In this document: one piece after another, positions 30,512-40,385 of the stretch | Layout of the letters: each line of letters begins with the position of its first letter | How positions within the stretch are numbered: position 1 is the stretch's first letter | From: Treponemataceae bacterium | Lineage (GTDB): Bacteria; Spirochaetota; Spirochaetia; Treponematales; Rectinemataceae | Reading direction: 5' to 3' | Assembly: GCA_963677895.2 (NCBI GenBank) | Contig: CAXXGJ010000006.1 | Coordinates: 224,001 to 288,000, forward strand | DNA: 64,000 bases | Notes under the pieces: model-generated | The model's database searches: none | The model's input: the letters and a program-made list of their open reading frames with translations, nothing else | What the model was told of the DNA's origin: nothing | Position numbers and translations under genes: made by a program

Positions 30512-32393
30512 TCCAACCTATTTGGGTACTGTTCAGGATGTTCAGGGTGCGACTATCAGTATTGCTCTAGATAAAGACACTATTTCTGGGCTCTCTTTTA
30601 TCGATGGTCATGGATATCGAATTGGCCAGATAGGAAGCCTAGTCCGTATATCGGTAGGTTTTATTGATTTATTTGGTATTGTATCACATGTTGGAGCAGG
30701 CGCAGTACCGGAATCAGTAGTTAATAATCAACCTTTTGGATACCGATGGCTAAAGGTGCAACTAATTGGTGAAGGGCGAAAATCAGGAGATTTTAAAAGA
30801 GGTATATCACAGTACCCAACTATAGGGGATGAAGCACATCTTGTTACTGAACAGGATCTTGTTGGTATCTATGGTAGACCAGAAAACCCATCTTATGTTC
30901 GTATTGGAGATTTGGCAAGTTCGGAATCTATACCAGCCTTAATCGATATTAATAAGCTCATCGCTCGACATAGTGCGATTGTGGGAACCACGGGATCAGG
31001 AAAATCGACTACAGTCGCAAGTATTCTTAGGTCAATATCTGATACTAGTGTTTATCCTTCTGCCCGAATTATTGTTCTAGATATTCATGGGGAATATCAT
31101 TCTGCTCTTGGGGACCGTGCGACAATTTTTCGTGTTAACGCAGATGAAGATTCAGGAGAGAAGCCACTGTATATTCCGTATTGGGCATTAACATTCGATG
31201 AGCTTATCAAAATTACACCTTTTAATGGAATAAATGATTCAGATCGTAGTGCATTGATCGAAAAGATTAAAACCCTAAAAACTGCATCACTTAATAAACA
31301 AGCAAGAAATGGAGTTACTGAGGATACGCTTACAGTAGACACACCCGTCCCATTCAGTATTCATAGACTTTGGTATGAGTTATATCGATTAGTATGTTCT
31401 ACACATACGGCACAATCAAATGGACAAAGCGATGCGACAGAGGCTATAGAGCCTAACCAAGAAGGGAAACCTATTTTGGGGGATATACTTAAAGTAACTG
31501 CACCTAAGTATAAACCCATCACTCAAGGTGGCACAAATCGAGTCTACTTAAGTTCTTCCCCTTTAAACATTCGGAGACAGGTTGTGGCGATGGAGTCTCT
31601 TCTTCGCGATTCAAGGTATGATTTTATCTTTCGTCCGGGACCTTGGTGCCCACTGCCAACACTGACCGATCTTGATACCCAACCAGAGAGAGATTTAGAT
31701 ACTCTAGTGCAATCATGGATAGGCAATAGCAAGCCAATAACAATTCTTGATTTATCCGGTGTCCCTGTTTCTATCCTTACTGACTTAATTGGTGCAGTTA
31801 TCCGGCTACTCTTTGATGCTCTTTTCTGGGCTCGCTACTTACCAGAGGGAGGAAGGGACAGACCGCTTTTATTTGTACTAGAAGAAGCGCATTCATACTT
31901 GAAGGTTGGAAGTGATGGTTCTGCATCTATCGCTGTCCGCCGAATAGTAAAAGAAGGCCGGAAATATGGATTGAGTGCGATGATTGTGAGTCAGCGCCCA
32001 GCAGAGATAGACCCTACCATACTTTCGCAATGTGGGACGATTGTTGCCATGCGGTTAGCGAATTCAACTGATCGATCACACATTACTAGCACTGTAAGCG
32101 ATAACCTTGAAGGTCTTTTTAGTATGCTACCTACTTTGCGTACGGGGGAAGCAATCATTGTTGGAGAAGCAGTACATCTGCCATTGCGAGTGCTTATAGA
32201 CGCTCCTAGTAAAAGCCATCGGCCAGACAGCCACGATCCGATAATTTATGACCCTAAAGCCAGGAAAGGATGGAATAAATCCATTGAATCTGAAGACTAC
32301 GCAACATTGCTTGAGAATTGGCGAAGCGAAAAAACTCATCTTAAAATTGATCAGGAGGTGAATAATGAATCTAATTCCGGTCAGCTCTTCTAA
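30501..32393 (+). CDS. HerA/FtsK-family ATPase of a Sir2-HerA system
   Basis: N-terminal HAS barrel (GQIGSLVRI, YPTIGD), GTTGSGKS, LDIHGEY, LEEAH, KEGRKYG, SQRP. Confidence 0.9.
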   Translation: MSTNPTYLGTVQDVQGATISIALDKDTISGLSFIDGHGYRIGQIGSLVRISVGFIDLFGIVSHVGAGAVPESVVNNQPFGYRWLKVQLIGEGRKSGDFKRGISQYPTIGDEAHLVTEQDLVGIYGRPENPSYVRIGDLASSESIPALIDINKLIARHSAIVGTTGSGKSTTVASILRSISDTSVYPSARIIVLDIHGEYHSALGDRATIFRVNADEDSGEKPLYIPYWALTFDELIKITPFNGINDSDRSALIEKIKTLKTASLNKQARNGVTEDTLTVDTPVPFSIHRLWYELYRLVCSTHTAQSNGQSDATEAIEPNQEGKPILGDILKVTAPKYKPITQGGTNRVYLSSSPLNIRRQVVAMESLLRDSRYDFIFRPGPWCPLPTLTDLDTQPERDLDTLVQSWIGNSKPITILDLSGVPVSILTDLIGAVIRLLFDALFWARYLPEGGRDRPLLFVLEEAHSYLKVGSDGSASIAVRRIVKEGRKYGLSAMIVSQRPAEIDPTILSQCGTIVAMRLANSTDRSHITSTVSDNLEGLFSMLPTLRTGEAIIVGEAVHLPLRVLIDAPSKSHRPDSHDPIIYDPKARKGWNKSIESEDYATLLENWRSEKTHLKIDQEVNNESNSGQLF

Positions 32394-32574
32394 CATTGCT
32401 GCTATTGGCTATGAAGAAGGATCAATGACTTTAACAGTTCAATTTCTTAGCGGAACCCTCTATCAGTATTTTGACGTTCCGTCACAGGTTCATCAAGAAT
32501 TAATGGTTGCAGGATCTGTTGGTACCTATTTTAGCCAGAATATTAGGAACAACTATCGATATACTAAACTCTAG
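32365..32574 (+). CDS. KTSC domain protein
   Basis: VSSSNIAAIGY..LTVQF..G..YQYFDVP..L..AGSVGTYF..NIR is the canonical KTSC pattern; RBS AGGAGG inside the herA end. Confidence 0.9.
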   Translation: MNLIPVSSSNIAAIGYEEGSMTLTVQFLSGTLYQYFDVPSQVHQELMVAGSVGTYFSQNIRNNYRYTKL

Positions 32575-32662
32575 TAAGCTAATTTTAGATGTTCACTAAG
32601 GTCTAGCAAGGTGTATAGTAAACAAAAACAGAAAATGTAATGCTGAGCGAACAGAGGCATAT

Positions 32663-33994
32663 ATGACTATTGGTATATTGATTTGCTTAGGGCTATTAGT
32701 TGTTCTTGTGGCAATTTTACTCATTCTTTTTCTTCGGTCAAAGCCAGCTTGTTACGATGAACGATTCGCTCAAATAGAGAGCGGCCAAGATAAAATTGAT
32801 CAAAGCGTTCGAAATGAAATCTCTCGAAACCGAGAAGAATCTGGTAAATTGCAGACTCAAAACCGAGAGGAACTCATCAAGACGCTTGAAACCTTCCGTT
32901 CAGGAATCCTTACGTCTATGGGACAAATTGCAGAGATGCAAAAAGCGCAACTCCAAACTTTTCAAGAACAACTAAGTACCTTAACGACAGGGAATGAGCA
33001 GCGTCTTGATAAGCTGAGAGAAACTGTTGACGAAAAACTTCGCCAAGTTCAGGCAGATAGTGCGGAGAAACTAGAAAAGATACGGGCTACTGTAGATGAG
33101 AAGCTTCACCAAACACTTGAAACACGCCTTGGGGAGTCTTTTAAGCTTGTTAGTGAACGACTTGAACTGGTACAAAAAGGTTTAGGAGAAATGCAGGGGT
33201 TGGCTACAGGAGTTGGAGATCTTAAGCGTGTCCTTACTAATGTTAAGACTCGAGGAACTTGGGGAGAAGTCGCGCTTAAATCAATTATCGATGATATCCT
33301 TACGCCTGCCCAGTATGAAGAAAATGCAATAACAAAAAAGGGTAGTCAGGAAAGAGTTGAGATAGCAATCAAGCTGCCCGGACGGGGAGAAGATGGAATT
33401 GAGAAAGTTCTTTTGCCGATTGACGCAAAGTTTCCTAAGGAAGATTACGAACGGCTGCTTACTGCTCAAGAAGCCGGCGATCTGGTTGGAAGCGATGAAG
33501 CATTAAAAGCCCTTGCTGCAAGGCTTAAGGGCTGTGCAAAAGATATCAGAGATAAGTATCTTAATCCTCCTGCAACCACAGACTTTGCAATTATGTTCCT
33601 GCCTTCTGAAAGTCTTTATGCTGAAAGTCTACGACGTCCAGGTTTGGTTGAATCGCTCCAGAAAGAATTTCGTATTATCGTAACAGGCCCAACAACCCTT
33701 GCCGCAATTGTGAATAGTCTCCAAATGGGTTTCAGAACTCTAGCTATTGAAAAACGCTCCAGCGAAGTCTGGCAAATTCTTGGGGCTGTAAAGACTGAAT
33801 TTGTTAAGTTTGGTGAAATTCTGGAGAAGACAAAGAAAAAGATACAAGAAGCAGGAGATACTATCGAGACAGCTTCAACTAAATCGAGAAAAATACAATC
33901 AAAGCTAAGAAGTGTAGAAGCTATGCCAGATATACCGATTGCCGGGCTTTTACCGACTGAAGCAAGCGATTTTCAAGATGATGCACAAGCCTAA
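32663..33994 (+). CDS. rmuC: DNA recombination protein RmuC
   Basis: N-terminal TM helix, coiled coil, NVKTRGTWGE, LPIDAKFP, TTDFAIMFLPSESLYAE, GPTTL. Confidence 0.9.
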   Translation: MTIGILICLGLLVVLVAILLILFLRSKPACYDERFAQIESGQDKIDQSVRNEISRNREESGKLQTQNREELIKTLETFRSGILTSMGQIAEMQKAQLQTFQEQLSTLTTGNEQRLDKLRETVDEKLRQVQADSAEKLEKIRATVDEKLHQTLETRLGESFKLVSERLELVQKGLGEMQGLATGVGDLKRVLTNVKTRGTWGEVALKSIIDDILTPAQYEENAITKKGSQERVEIAIKLPGRGEDGIEKVLLPIDAKFPKEDYERLLTAQEAGDLVGSDEALKALAARLKGCAKDIRDKYLNPPATTDFAIMFLPSESLYAESLRRPGLVESLQKEFRIIVTGPTTLAAIVNSLQMGFRTLAIEKRSSEVWQILGAVKTEFVKFGEILEKTKKKIQEAGDTIETASTKSRKIQSKLRSVEAMPDIPIAGLLPTEASDFQDDAQA

Positions 33995-34068
33995 GGTAAT
34001 GCTATTATTCATAGAAGATTCTTGTTGATGGATTGAATATTTCCCGATAATCTGGTATTATCGGGTAT

Positions 34069-35028
34069 ATGGAATCTGACCAGATTTCCCCTAGCAAAGA
34101 GCCCTCCTTCGACGTCGAGAGGGTCGTCCAGAAACTCCTCAGAGAGGCTCCCTCTCTCAAGGACCTCTCTCCTGATCAGCTCGACACCATCGCCAAGGCG
34201 GTCGTCCTCGAAGACCTGAAGGATGACCTCAAACATCGCCGAGACTTGGCCAGGGTCGATCTGACCAAACTCCAGGAAACCTTCCTTACACGGCAGAAGA
34301 GCGCCCATACAAAACGCGCATACGAAAGCGCACTTACCCTCCTTACGACCTGGGCACAGCGTGCCGGAGTCCATATTCTTGAGATGAAACCTCGTCATGC
34401 CGATGCCTTCATTGCGTCACTCGAAGGCTCTGCGTCCTCGATCCGGCTCAAGGTAGCGGTCGCCTCTTCGTTCTTTGCCTTCCTTACGAGGGAGACCGAG
34501 AATCGGGTCACGAATCCCTTCAGAGGAACGCGCGCCCGGCCAAAACGACAAACCTCCGCCCCGCTCGTCCCGACCGGCGAAGATGTGAAAAGCCTCCTTA
34601 CGGCTTCAGAAGGGAGCCTGCATGCCGCAATCCTCTGCATGGTCGAGCATGGTTTCAGAATTGGCGCACTTCCTACGCTCGAGATCTGGGGGGCGAGGTA
34701 TAAAGCGTACTCAAAAGGGAAGCAACTTGCAGGTGAACTCTCGAGCGACACCATAGAAGCTATAAAGACGGCCGGGCTCGATCCTCGTCATCCTTGGGCG
34801 GAGACGAATCCTGAAGCGATTCGGGATGCATTCCGGTACCTCGCTCGGACGCTGCACAAGAAGGGGCTCACCAAGGCTCCCTACTCGGTCCATGACCTCC
34901 GGCACTATTACGCGATCAAGCAGTACCAGCAGGATCATGATATCTATCGGCTCAAAGAGCTTCTTGGCCACAGCTCAATCCAGGTTACAGAAGTGTACTT
35001 ATTTGGATTACACAGCTATTTTATATAG
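34069..35028 (+). CDS. Second tyrosine recombinase (Xer/resolvase-like)
   Basis: GFRIG (R), HDLRH, LLGHSSIQVTEVY; higher GC than neighbours. Confidence 0.88.
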   Translation: MESDQISPSKEPSFDVERVVQKLLREAPSLKDLSPDQLDTIAKAVVLEDLKDDLKHRRDLARVDLTKLQETFLTRQKSAHTKRAYESALTLLTTWAQRAGVHILEMKPRHADAFIASLEGSASSIRLKVAVASSFFAFLTRETENRVTNPFRGTRARPKRQTSAPLVPTGEDVKSLLTASEGSLHAAILCMVEHGFRIGALPTLEIWGARYKAYSKGKQLAGELSSDTIEAIKTAGLDPRHPWAETNPEAIRDAFRYLARTLHKKGLTKAPYSVHDLRHYYAIKQYQQDHDIYRLKELLGHSSIQVTEVYLFGLHSYFI

Positions 35029-35295
35029 AACTATTAGCATATAATAGATTATCTAAAAATAGAACGTATCCCTATCTCTAAGGAGACATCAACCCAGGAA
35101 TAGCGAGATGAATCTCATCATCTCTTAACCTTATATTTGGTATGTACTTATTTATCCCGATGATAGTACTCTAGTGCCCTAATTATTATAACCTACTTGC
35201 GCAACTTCAGAACACTAGCAGGAATGACGATAATAGATAATTAACGTGACCTAGAAGGATATTGGGTCTATACTGGGGTATAAAGGGAGGAATAC

Positions 35296-36210
35296 ATGTC
35301 ATCGCGCGCAATTGCAGGGGAGTATAACACTAACCAAGTAATTGCTATGACTTGGCTGTTTTCTTCTAAAGTAATAAAGGAATTGGCCCAAAAGGGGGAA
35401 TCCTCGACTTTTAGTCGACTTATAAAAGCAGCAGATCTTTGGCCAAGGCTTCCTAATTGCGAGAAGCTGAGAATTCGTGATGCCTATGATATCGTCTATA
35501 ATATCCTTAAAAATGGCGACAATCGAAGTGCATACATTTACAAAAATGTTCTCACTCGTAAGCGCTTTCTTGGAATTCACAGCCTTAAAACAGCATCATT
35601 ACTTACGGAATTTCGGGTGGGAAATTCAAAGGCTGATGTAGTAATCTTAAATGGTACCTCCACTGCTTATGAGATTAAATCTGAACGAGATACTTTCCTT
35701 CGGCTTGGTAGTCAAATTAGTTCTTACCTCAATGTCTTTGACAATGTCTATGTTATCTCAAGCGAAGATAACTGCGAGCGACTTATGTCTCTTCTTCCCC
35801 CTCAAGTTGGAATTATGGCATTAAATAAAAGACAGTGCATAAGTACTATCCGTGACGCTCTCTCAAATAAACGCAATATCTCGCCAAGTATTTTTTTTGA
35901 TTCCCTCACCAGAAAAGAAGCTGAAGAAGTATTGAAACTATATAGCATTACCATCCCCAAAGTCCCAAATACCAAGATTCGAAACGAACTCAAATCCCTA
36001 TTCATTGAACTCGGAGCTTCCCGTGTGCACGATGGTGCAGTAACTGTATTAAAGAAGAGCCGGAGCCTTAGCCCTCTGAGTGATTTTCTTTTCCTTCTTC
36101 CTGATTCATTGAAAGCAGCAGGCTTAAGCATATCAATGCCCCTTACCGCCAGAGAGCAGTTAATCGACACGCTTGACCTAAGCCTTAATACAGCATACAG
36201 ATGGAGTTAA
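35296..36210 (+). CDS. sce7726-family protein (PD-(D/E)XK-like)
   Basis: YIYKN, EFRVGNSKADVVILNGTSTAYEIKSERD, QISSY; adjacent to an sce7725-type gene. Confidence 0.8.
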   Translation: MSSRAIAGEYNTNQVIAMTWLFSSKVIKELAQKGESSTFSRLIKAADLWPRLPNCEKLRIRDAYDIVYNILKNGDNRSAYIYKNVLTRKRFLGIHSLKTASLLTEFRVGNSKADVVILNGTSTAYEIKSERDTFLRLGSQISSYLNVFDNVYVISSEDNCERLMSLLPPQVGIMALNKRQCISTIRDALSNKRNISPSIFFDSLTRKEAEEVLKLYSITIPKVPNTKIRNELKSLFIELGASRVHDGAVTVLKKSRSLSPLSDFLFLLPDSLKAAGLSISMPLTAREQLIDTLDLSLNTAYRWS

Positions 36211-36236
36211 CAAAGAATTAAATAAAAGAGGTTAAA

Positions 36237-37175
36237 ATGTATTACCCATATTTTCGAGGTAAACAATACGAGCTTGTGGCGATACGGGAGAATGCTCAAC
36301 TTATTGCAAATTCAAGCTTTATTCCGATTATTGAACCTGTAAAAGAAGCTTTCGGCCCTCTAGAACGTGCCTTGATGGAGCTCCACCAAAATAATGGGAG
36401 TGCCATCCTGATCATGAATCCACGACATGGGCAACTTGTTGAGGACCAATCAAGCTTAGAAGAATTATTAGCTCAAAAACTTCAGGCTTTTAGCACCCTA
36501 TCTATCGGGCTGATATTGTCACAAAACACAACACTTGCCGAAATCAGACGATTAATCTCGAAGTATTCATCGCATCCAATTACTCTTATTCATTATGGTT
36601 TCCCTGATGCAAAAAGCTTACTCTCCGCAACAACTGATCAACCGGCAGTAAAACAACATGTTTTTATTGAGGATAAATGTACAGATCTATATCCCCGTCA
36701 TTTTAAAAATTTAAAGAGAATTACTGTTCGCGACGGTTTTGAGCGAATGTCAAATAAAAATTACCCACCATTCGGAGCCTTCTCCGATCGCCATATCAAC
36801 TTCAACGAGAGAGGCTTTGATGGCTTTGGCGACTTTCTAATAGTTGGCGATGATTACTCAGAGACTGGTGGACCAGCATATGCGGTCGCAATACATCTCA
36901 CATATATCGACCCTGATCAAGATGATTCCATGTTTGTATTTCATTTTGTTTCTAAATCACAAGATACGCCGGCCGACCCGGCAGGAAAGTTTATAGAAGC
37001 GCTTGATAAACTATATTCAGAAGCAAAGCGTGCCAAGACTCCACTGTTACAGACAAAGGCTGTCAAGGAATTTCTCCATCTTCGAGAAATTGGACATTTC
37101 CCCGGACTTGGATATGTTAAAAAGCTTTCGATGCAACATCATCTCGAACTTATGGCTAACTTCTTCGCACGGTAG
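36237..37175 (+). CDS. sce7725-family protein
   Basis: MYYPYFRGKQYEL, PIIEP, GFGDFLIVGDDYSETGGPAYAVAIH, GYVKKLSMQHH. Confidence 0.82.
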   Translation: MYYPYFRGKQYELVAIRENAQLIANSSFIPIIEPVKEAFGPLERALMELHQNNGSAILIMNPRHGQLVEDQSSLEELLAQKLQAFSTLSIGLILSQNTTLAEIRRLISKYSSHPITLIHYGFPDAKSLLSATTDQPAVKQHVFIEDKCTDLYPRHFKNLKRITVRDGFERMSNKNYPPFGAFSDRHINFNERGFDGFGDFLIVGDDYSETGGPAYAVAIHLTYIDPDQDDSMFVFHFVSKSQDTPADPAGKFIEALDKLYSEAKRAKTPLLQTKAVKEFLHLREIGHFPGLGYVKKLSMQHHLELMANFFAR

Positions 37176-38209
37176 TGAGCATAATGGGTTGTTGCCCTAA
37201 CTGTTTTGATGATGACTATCTCAAAGATGAGGTTTTCCCTCGATATTCCACTAACCGTGGAGTATGTGCTTATTGCGGAGCAACTGATCAGGCTTTGATT
37301 GATCCACTTTTTTTTCGAGATAGCTTTGAAATACTACTAGGTATTTATTCACAACGCGAAGATGGTATCCGACTGATCGATCACCTTCGTCATGATTGGA
37401 ATCTGTTCCCTCAAGGGAACATTTCAGATCAAGCCACTGAAGAATTGCTTAACCGAATCTTTGACGACAACTCAATTTCAACGATGCGCTATCGACTTAA
37501 TGCTAATCCTACAACAAATTCACTCGATTCATGGCAGGACTTTAAGGAAGAGCTTTGTCACCGCAATCGATTCTTTCTGAAATCAGACCTAAACCTTGAT
37601 AGAATCAAGATTTTATTAGGGTTTCTTGAATGCAAACCATCGAGTATACCTGCACAGTTGTTTCGTGCAAGAATTCAAGAGGGAGACAGTCCGATCCCAT
37701 TAACACAGATGGGACCACCGCCACCCCGACTCGCCTCTCATGGACGCGCAAATCCTCCGGGAATCCCATATCTATATATGGCAAGTGATCCAAAAACAGC
37801 CATCTCCGAGCTTCGCCCGTACACAAGTGATATTACTACTGTCGCAGCACTTTCCCTAATTCCAGGTCTACTGTTTGTTGACCTCCGATTTCCCCGAAAG
37901 ACAGCCTCACCGTTCAAGTTTGGTGATGAAGACCAACTAATGTTATTACAGCAAGACCTTACATTTTTGGATCAGTTGGGAAATGAATTGACTCGACCTA
38001 TCAATCCTCGATCTGCCCATATAGAATACCTGCCAAGCCAGTATCTTTGCGAGTTTATAAAACACTGTGGATATGACGGGGTTATTTATCGTAGCTCTGT
38101 CGCTGCTGGTATAAACTACGCTTTATTCTATCCAGCAAATGCTTCACTTACAGAAATCACTACATATTCGGTGGATAGAGTATCTGTAGATATTTCTAAA
38201 GCTTCTTAA
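37175..38209 (+). CDS. RES-domain NAD+-degrading toxin-like protein with N-terminal CxxC...CxxC domain
   Basis: CPNC, CAYC; LFRAR, GRANPPGIPYLY, AISELRP, YLPSQY, YDGVIYRSS (R-E-S). Confidence 0.88.
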   Translation: MSIMGCCPNCFDDDYLKDEVFPRYSTNRGVCAYCGATDQALIDPLFFRDSFEILLGIYSQREDGIRLIDHLRHDWNLFPQGNISDQATEELLNRIFDDNSISTMRYRLNANPTTNSLDSWQDFKEELCHRNRFFLKSDLNLDRIKILLGFLECKPSSIPAQLFRARIQEGDSPIPLTQMGPPPPRLASHGRANPPGIPYLYMASDPKTAISELRPYTSDITTVAALSLIPGLLFVDLRFPRKTASPFKFGDEDQLMLLQQDLTFLDQLGNELTRPINPRSAHIEYLPSQYLCEFIKHCGYDGVIYRSSVAAGINYALFYPANASLTEITTYSVDRVSVDISKAS

Positions 38210-38242
38210 TTTGAGATCGGTTGAACTGGCGTAAAATCACAA

Positions 38243-38516
38243 TATCGGGCATATAGAATCCTACTAGAGTGCCCTTCGCGAAAAGCTCTCCGACGTCAAG
38301 CGGGTGGCCCAGAAGCCTTTCAGGGGAACCTTCTCTGAAGGATCTCTCTACCGATCAGATCGAGGATCTGATGCTCGGTTTACGATAAGCAACACTACTT
38401 CGCAAACAAGTAGTACGAGCCAGATAATGAATTTATATCGCATTAAAGAACTTCTAGGGCATTGCAGCATTCAAGTTACAGAAACCTATCTTCGGGGAAT
38501 TGAAAGCTACCTTTAG
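38243..38516 (+). pseudogene. Internally deleted copy of the 34069-35028 recombinase gene
   Basis: 38243-38363 aligns with 34059-34184 (ATG changed to ATA); 38370-38516 aligns with about 34880-35028 (LYRIKELLGHCSIQVTETYL vs IYRLKELLGHSSIQVTEVYL). Confidence 0.85.
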
Positions 38517-38525
38517 TATAACCTC

Positions 38526-39671
38526 TTAAAATGAGAGACTTATTTTTGCAGGCTTCATCGAAAGCAATTTCAAGTAAGGAAGAGCACCATCATACTGCTG
38601 ATCATCAGCAGGCGTGACGATCACATCAAATCCTAATTCTAGTGATGCGCCGAAAGGGGAAGTGATTGTCGACGTTGAGAAAGATTTTCGTAAATTGCTT
38701 TCTTCAATAAAGAGAACAAAGAGGCTGCTTTCTCCCCGGTTTCCCAATAACGATAGATCGACAGAATGGCACACTACTCGATCTCGGGAAAGCCATTTTA
38801 TTGGAATTACATTACTAAAATAGTATCCTTCCTGTTCTTCAAAGCTGTTAGGATTAGTTAGGAGGTCAAAATTCCTATTCACTTCTTCTTTACCATGATA
38901 TCGCTTCAGGGTTTCAGTACCCTTCAGGAATGATGCGTTTTCTTTCTCTTCTTGAGTTTTATAGTATTGTGCCTTTTCTCTGTCCGCTTGGATTTTCGCA
39001 TACTGTGCTTCAGCATCTGAAAAAGCTTTTGCTAGTTCAGTCTTACCTTGATCTTCCAAGTACATCGCGGGAGTGAATGAGTAGAGTAGCTCTGAAGAAG
39101 TCGAATAGATCAAATATGGGATGGTTGGATCTAGACCCTTGTCAACAAGCCAGGGTAAAAGCTTCACTAGCCCACTTTTTTGGGAAAATGAAATAATGAG
39201 CGCTGAATCAGTTAATTGGAATTTTTCATTGTTCGGCAATGTCTTCTCTAGTTTTTTATTAAAATCATACCCATAATTCAATAGAGTCTGAAGATAACTT
39301 TTTATCTTGTCACTATCATCTATCGAATCCACTAAAGTGACGAATAAATCCCTATCGACCTGTTCATCATTCAGTTGATAAACAGCGTTTGGATCTGCGT
39401 TTGCTTCCAATATTGGATTTATGCAGCTAGCTGCATAAAAAGCGAGCGCTACTGCAATTAACGGAGCTCCATTATCAAATTCTCCATTTACTTTTTTAGG
39501 ATTCTTTCGAAGCCATTCACGACATGATACAAAATCATTGTAAATAAAGAATTTGCGTAGATCTGCCTGCTCAGTACTAGAAAGCTTTACTCTTGCTTCT
39601 TGCGCAGAGAGACTATTCACTGCAGCCAAAGTAATAAGCAGTACTAGCCCGAATAGCTTTGTCTTGCGCAT
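38526..39671 (-). CDS. Exported protein with ankyrin-like segment
   Basis: Signal peptide MRKTKLFGLVLLITLAAVNSLSA; ILEANADPN, LLNYGYDFN, LVDKGLDP ankyrin-like turns. Confidence 0.6.
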   Translation of the reverse strand: MRKTKLFGLVLLITLAAVNSLSAQEARVKLSSTEQADLRKFFIYNDFVSCREWLRKNPKKVNGEFDNGAPLIAVALAFYAASCINPILEANADPNAVYQLNDEQVDRDLFVTLVDSIDDSDKIKSYLQTLLNYGYDFNKKLEKTLPNNEKFQLTDSALIISFSQKSGLVKLLPWLVDKGLDPTIPYLIYSTSSELLYSFTPAMYLEDQGKTELAKAFSDAEAQYAKIQADREKAQYYKTQEEKENASFLKGTETLKRYHGKEEVNRNFDLLTNPNSFEEQEGYYFSNVIPIKWLSRDRVVCHSVDLSLLGNRGESSLFVLFIEESNLRKSFSTSTITSPFGASLELGFDVIVTPADDQQYDGALPYLKLLSMKPAKISLSF

Positions 39672-39866
39672 GTTTATATCTCCTCTATCGATGCTTCCTT
39701 TGAAAAGGCGCTGATATAAAGCTCCGTCAACCAATCAGTTTTTATAAGATAGATATTTAATAACGCAGCACATTCTTCTGTGGTTGTTTCTCTAGGCGAG
39801 AAATAACTCTCTATAGAGAGTCGATCAACAATAAGAATAGCCATACTCTCCAGAGAGAGTCAATCA

Positions 39867-40073
39867 ATGAATAAACAAATCCAGGAGGTCTGCGAGAAGA
39901 TACGTCTCTTACGAAATCAGAAAGGTTTGACCATTCTAGAATTGGCGGAGAGAGCAGGTATTGCGCATAGCGCTGTTTATTACATTGAAAGCAAGAAGAA
40001 GGAACCGACTCTTTCAACATTGTTCAAACTCGCGGAAGCATTAGAGATTTCGATTGTTGAATTCTTCAGATAA
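39867..40073 (+). CDS. XRE-family HTH transcriptional regulator
   Basis: IRLLRNQKGLTILELAERAGI..YIES..KEPTLSTLFKLAEALEI. Confidence 0.9.
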   Translation: MNKQIQEVCEKIRLLRNQKGLTILELAERAGIAHSAVYYIESKKKEPTLSTLFKLAEALEISIVEFFR

Positions 40074-40229
40074 CTCTTCATTATAAACTGGTTGGAAGTT
40101 AGACTCTTTCGCCAGCAACCGTTCTCGCTTAGCTTAGCAAAAAATCTGATACTCCTTACGACCTAATACTTAGCCTAATAAAGCATTCAGGAAAGCACAT
40201 CATGGAGCTTATCTATATATGTCATGGTA

Positions 40230-40257
40230 TTGACAGTTCTTAAAAAATTCCCATAAT
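40230..40257 (+). promoter_or_regulatory. Sigma70-type promoter upstream of the ankyrin gene
   Basis: TTGACA-16 bp-CATAAT. Confidence 0.45.
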
Positions 40258-40385
40258 GTCGCCTGTTGAAAAATTACTTCCTGTAAATTACCTTACCCGA
40301 CTCCTGGCACGACAGATACCTCAATCCTGACTACAAGATAAGTGTATCTGCTGGCAAATCTTGTCTCACAAGAAAAGGAGTCAAT

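Noticed and set aside
38304..38516. Independent 70-aa small protein
   Set aside because: It is the fused remnant of the deleted recombinase copy
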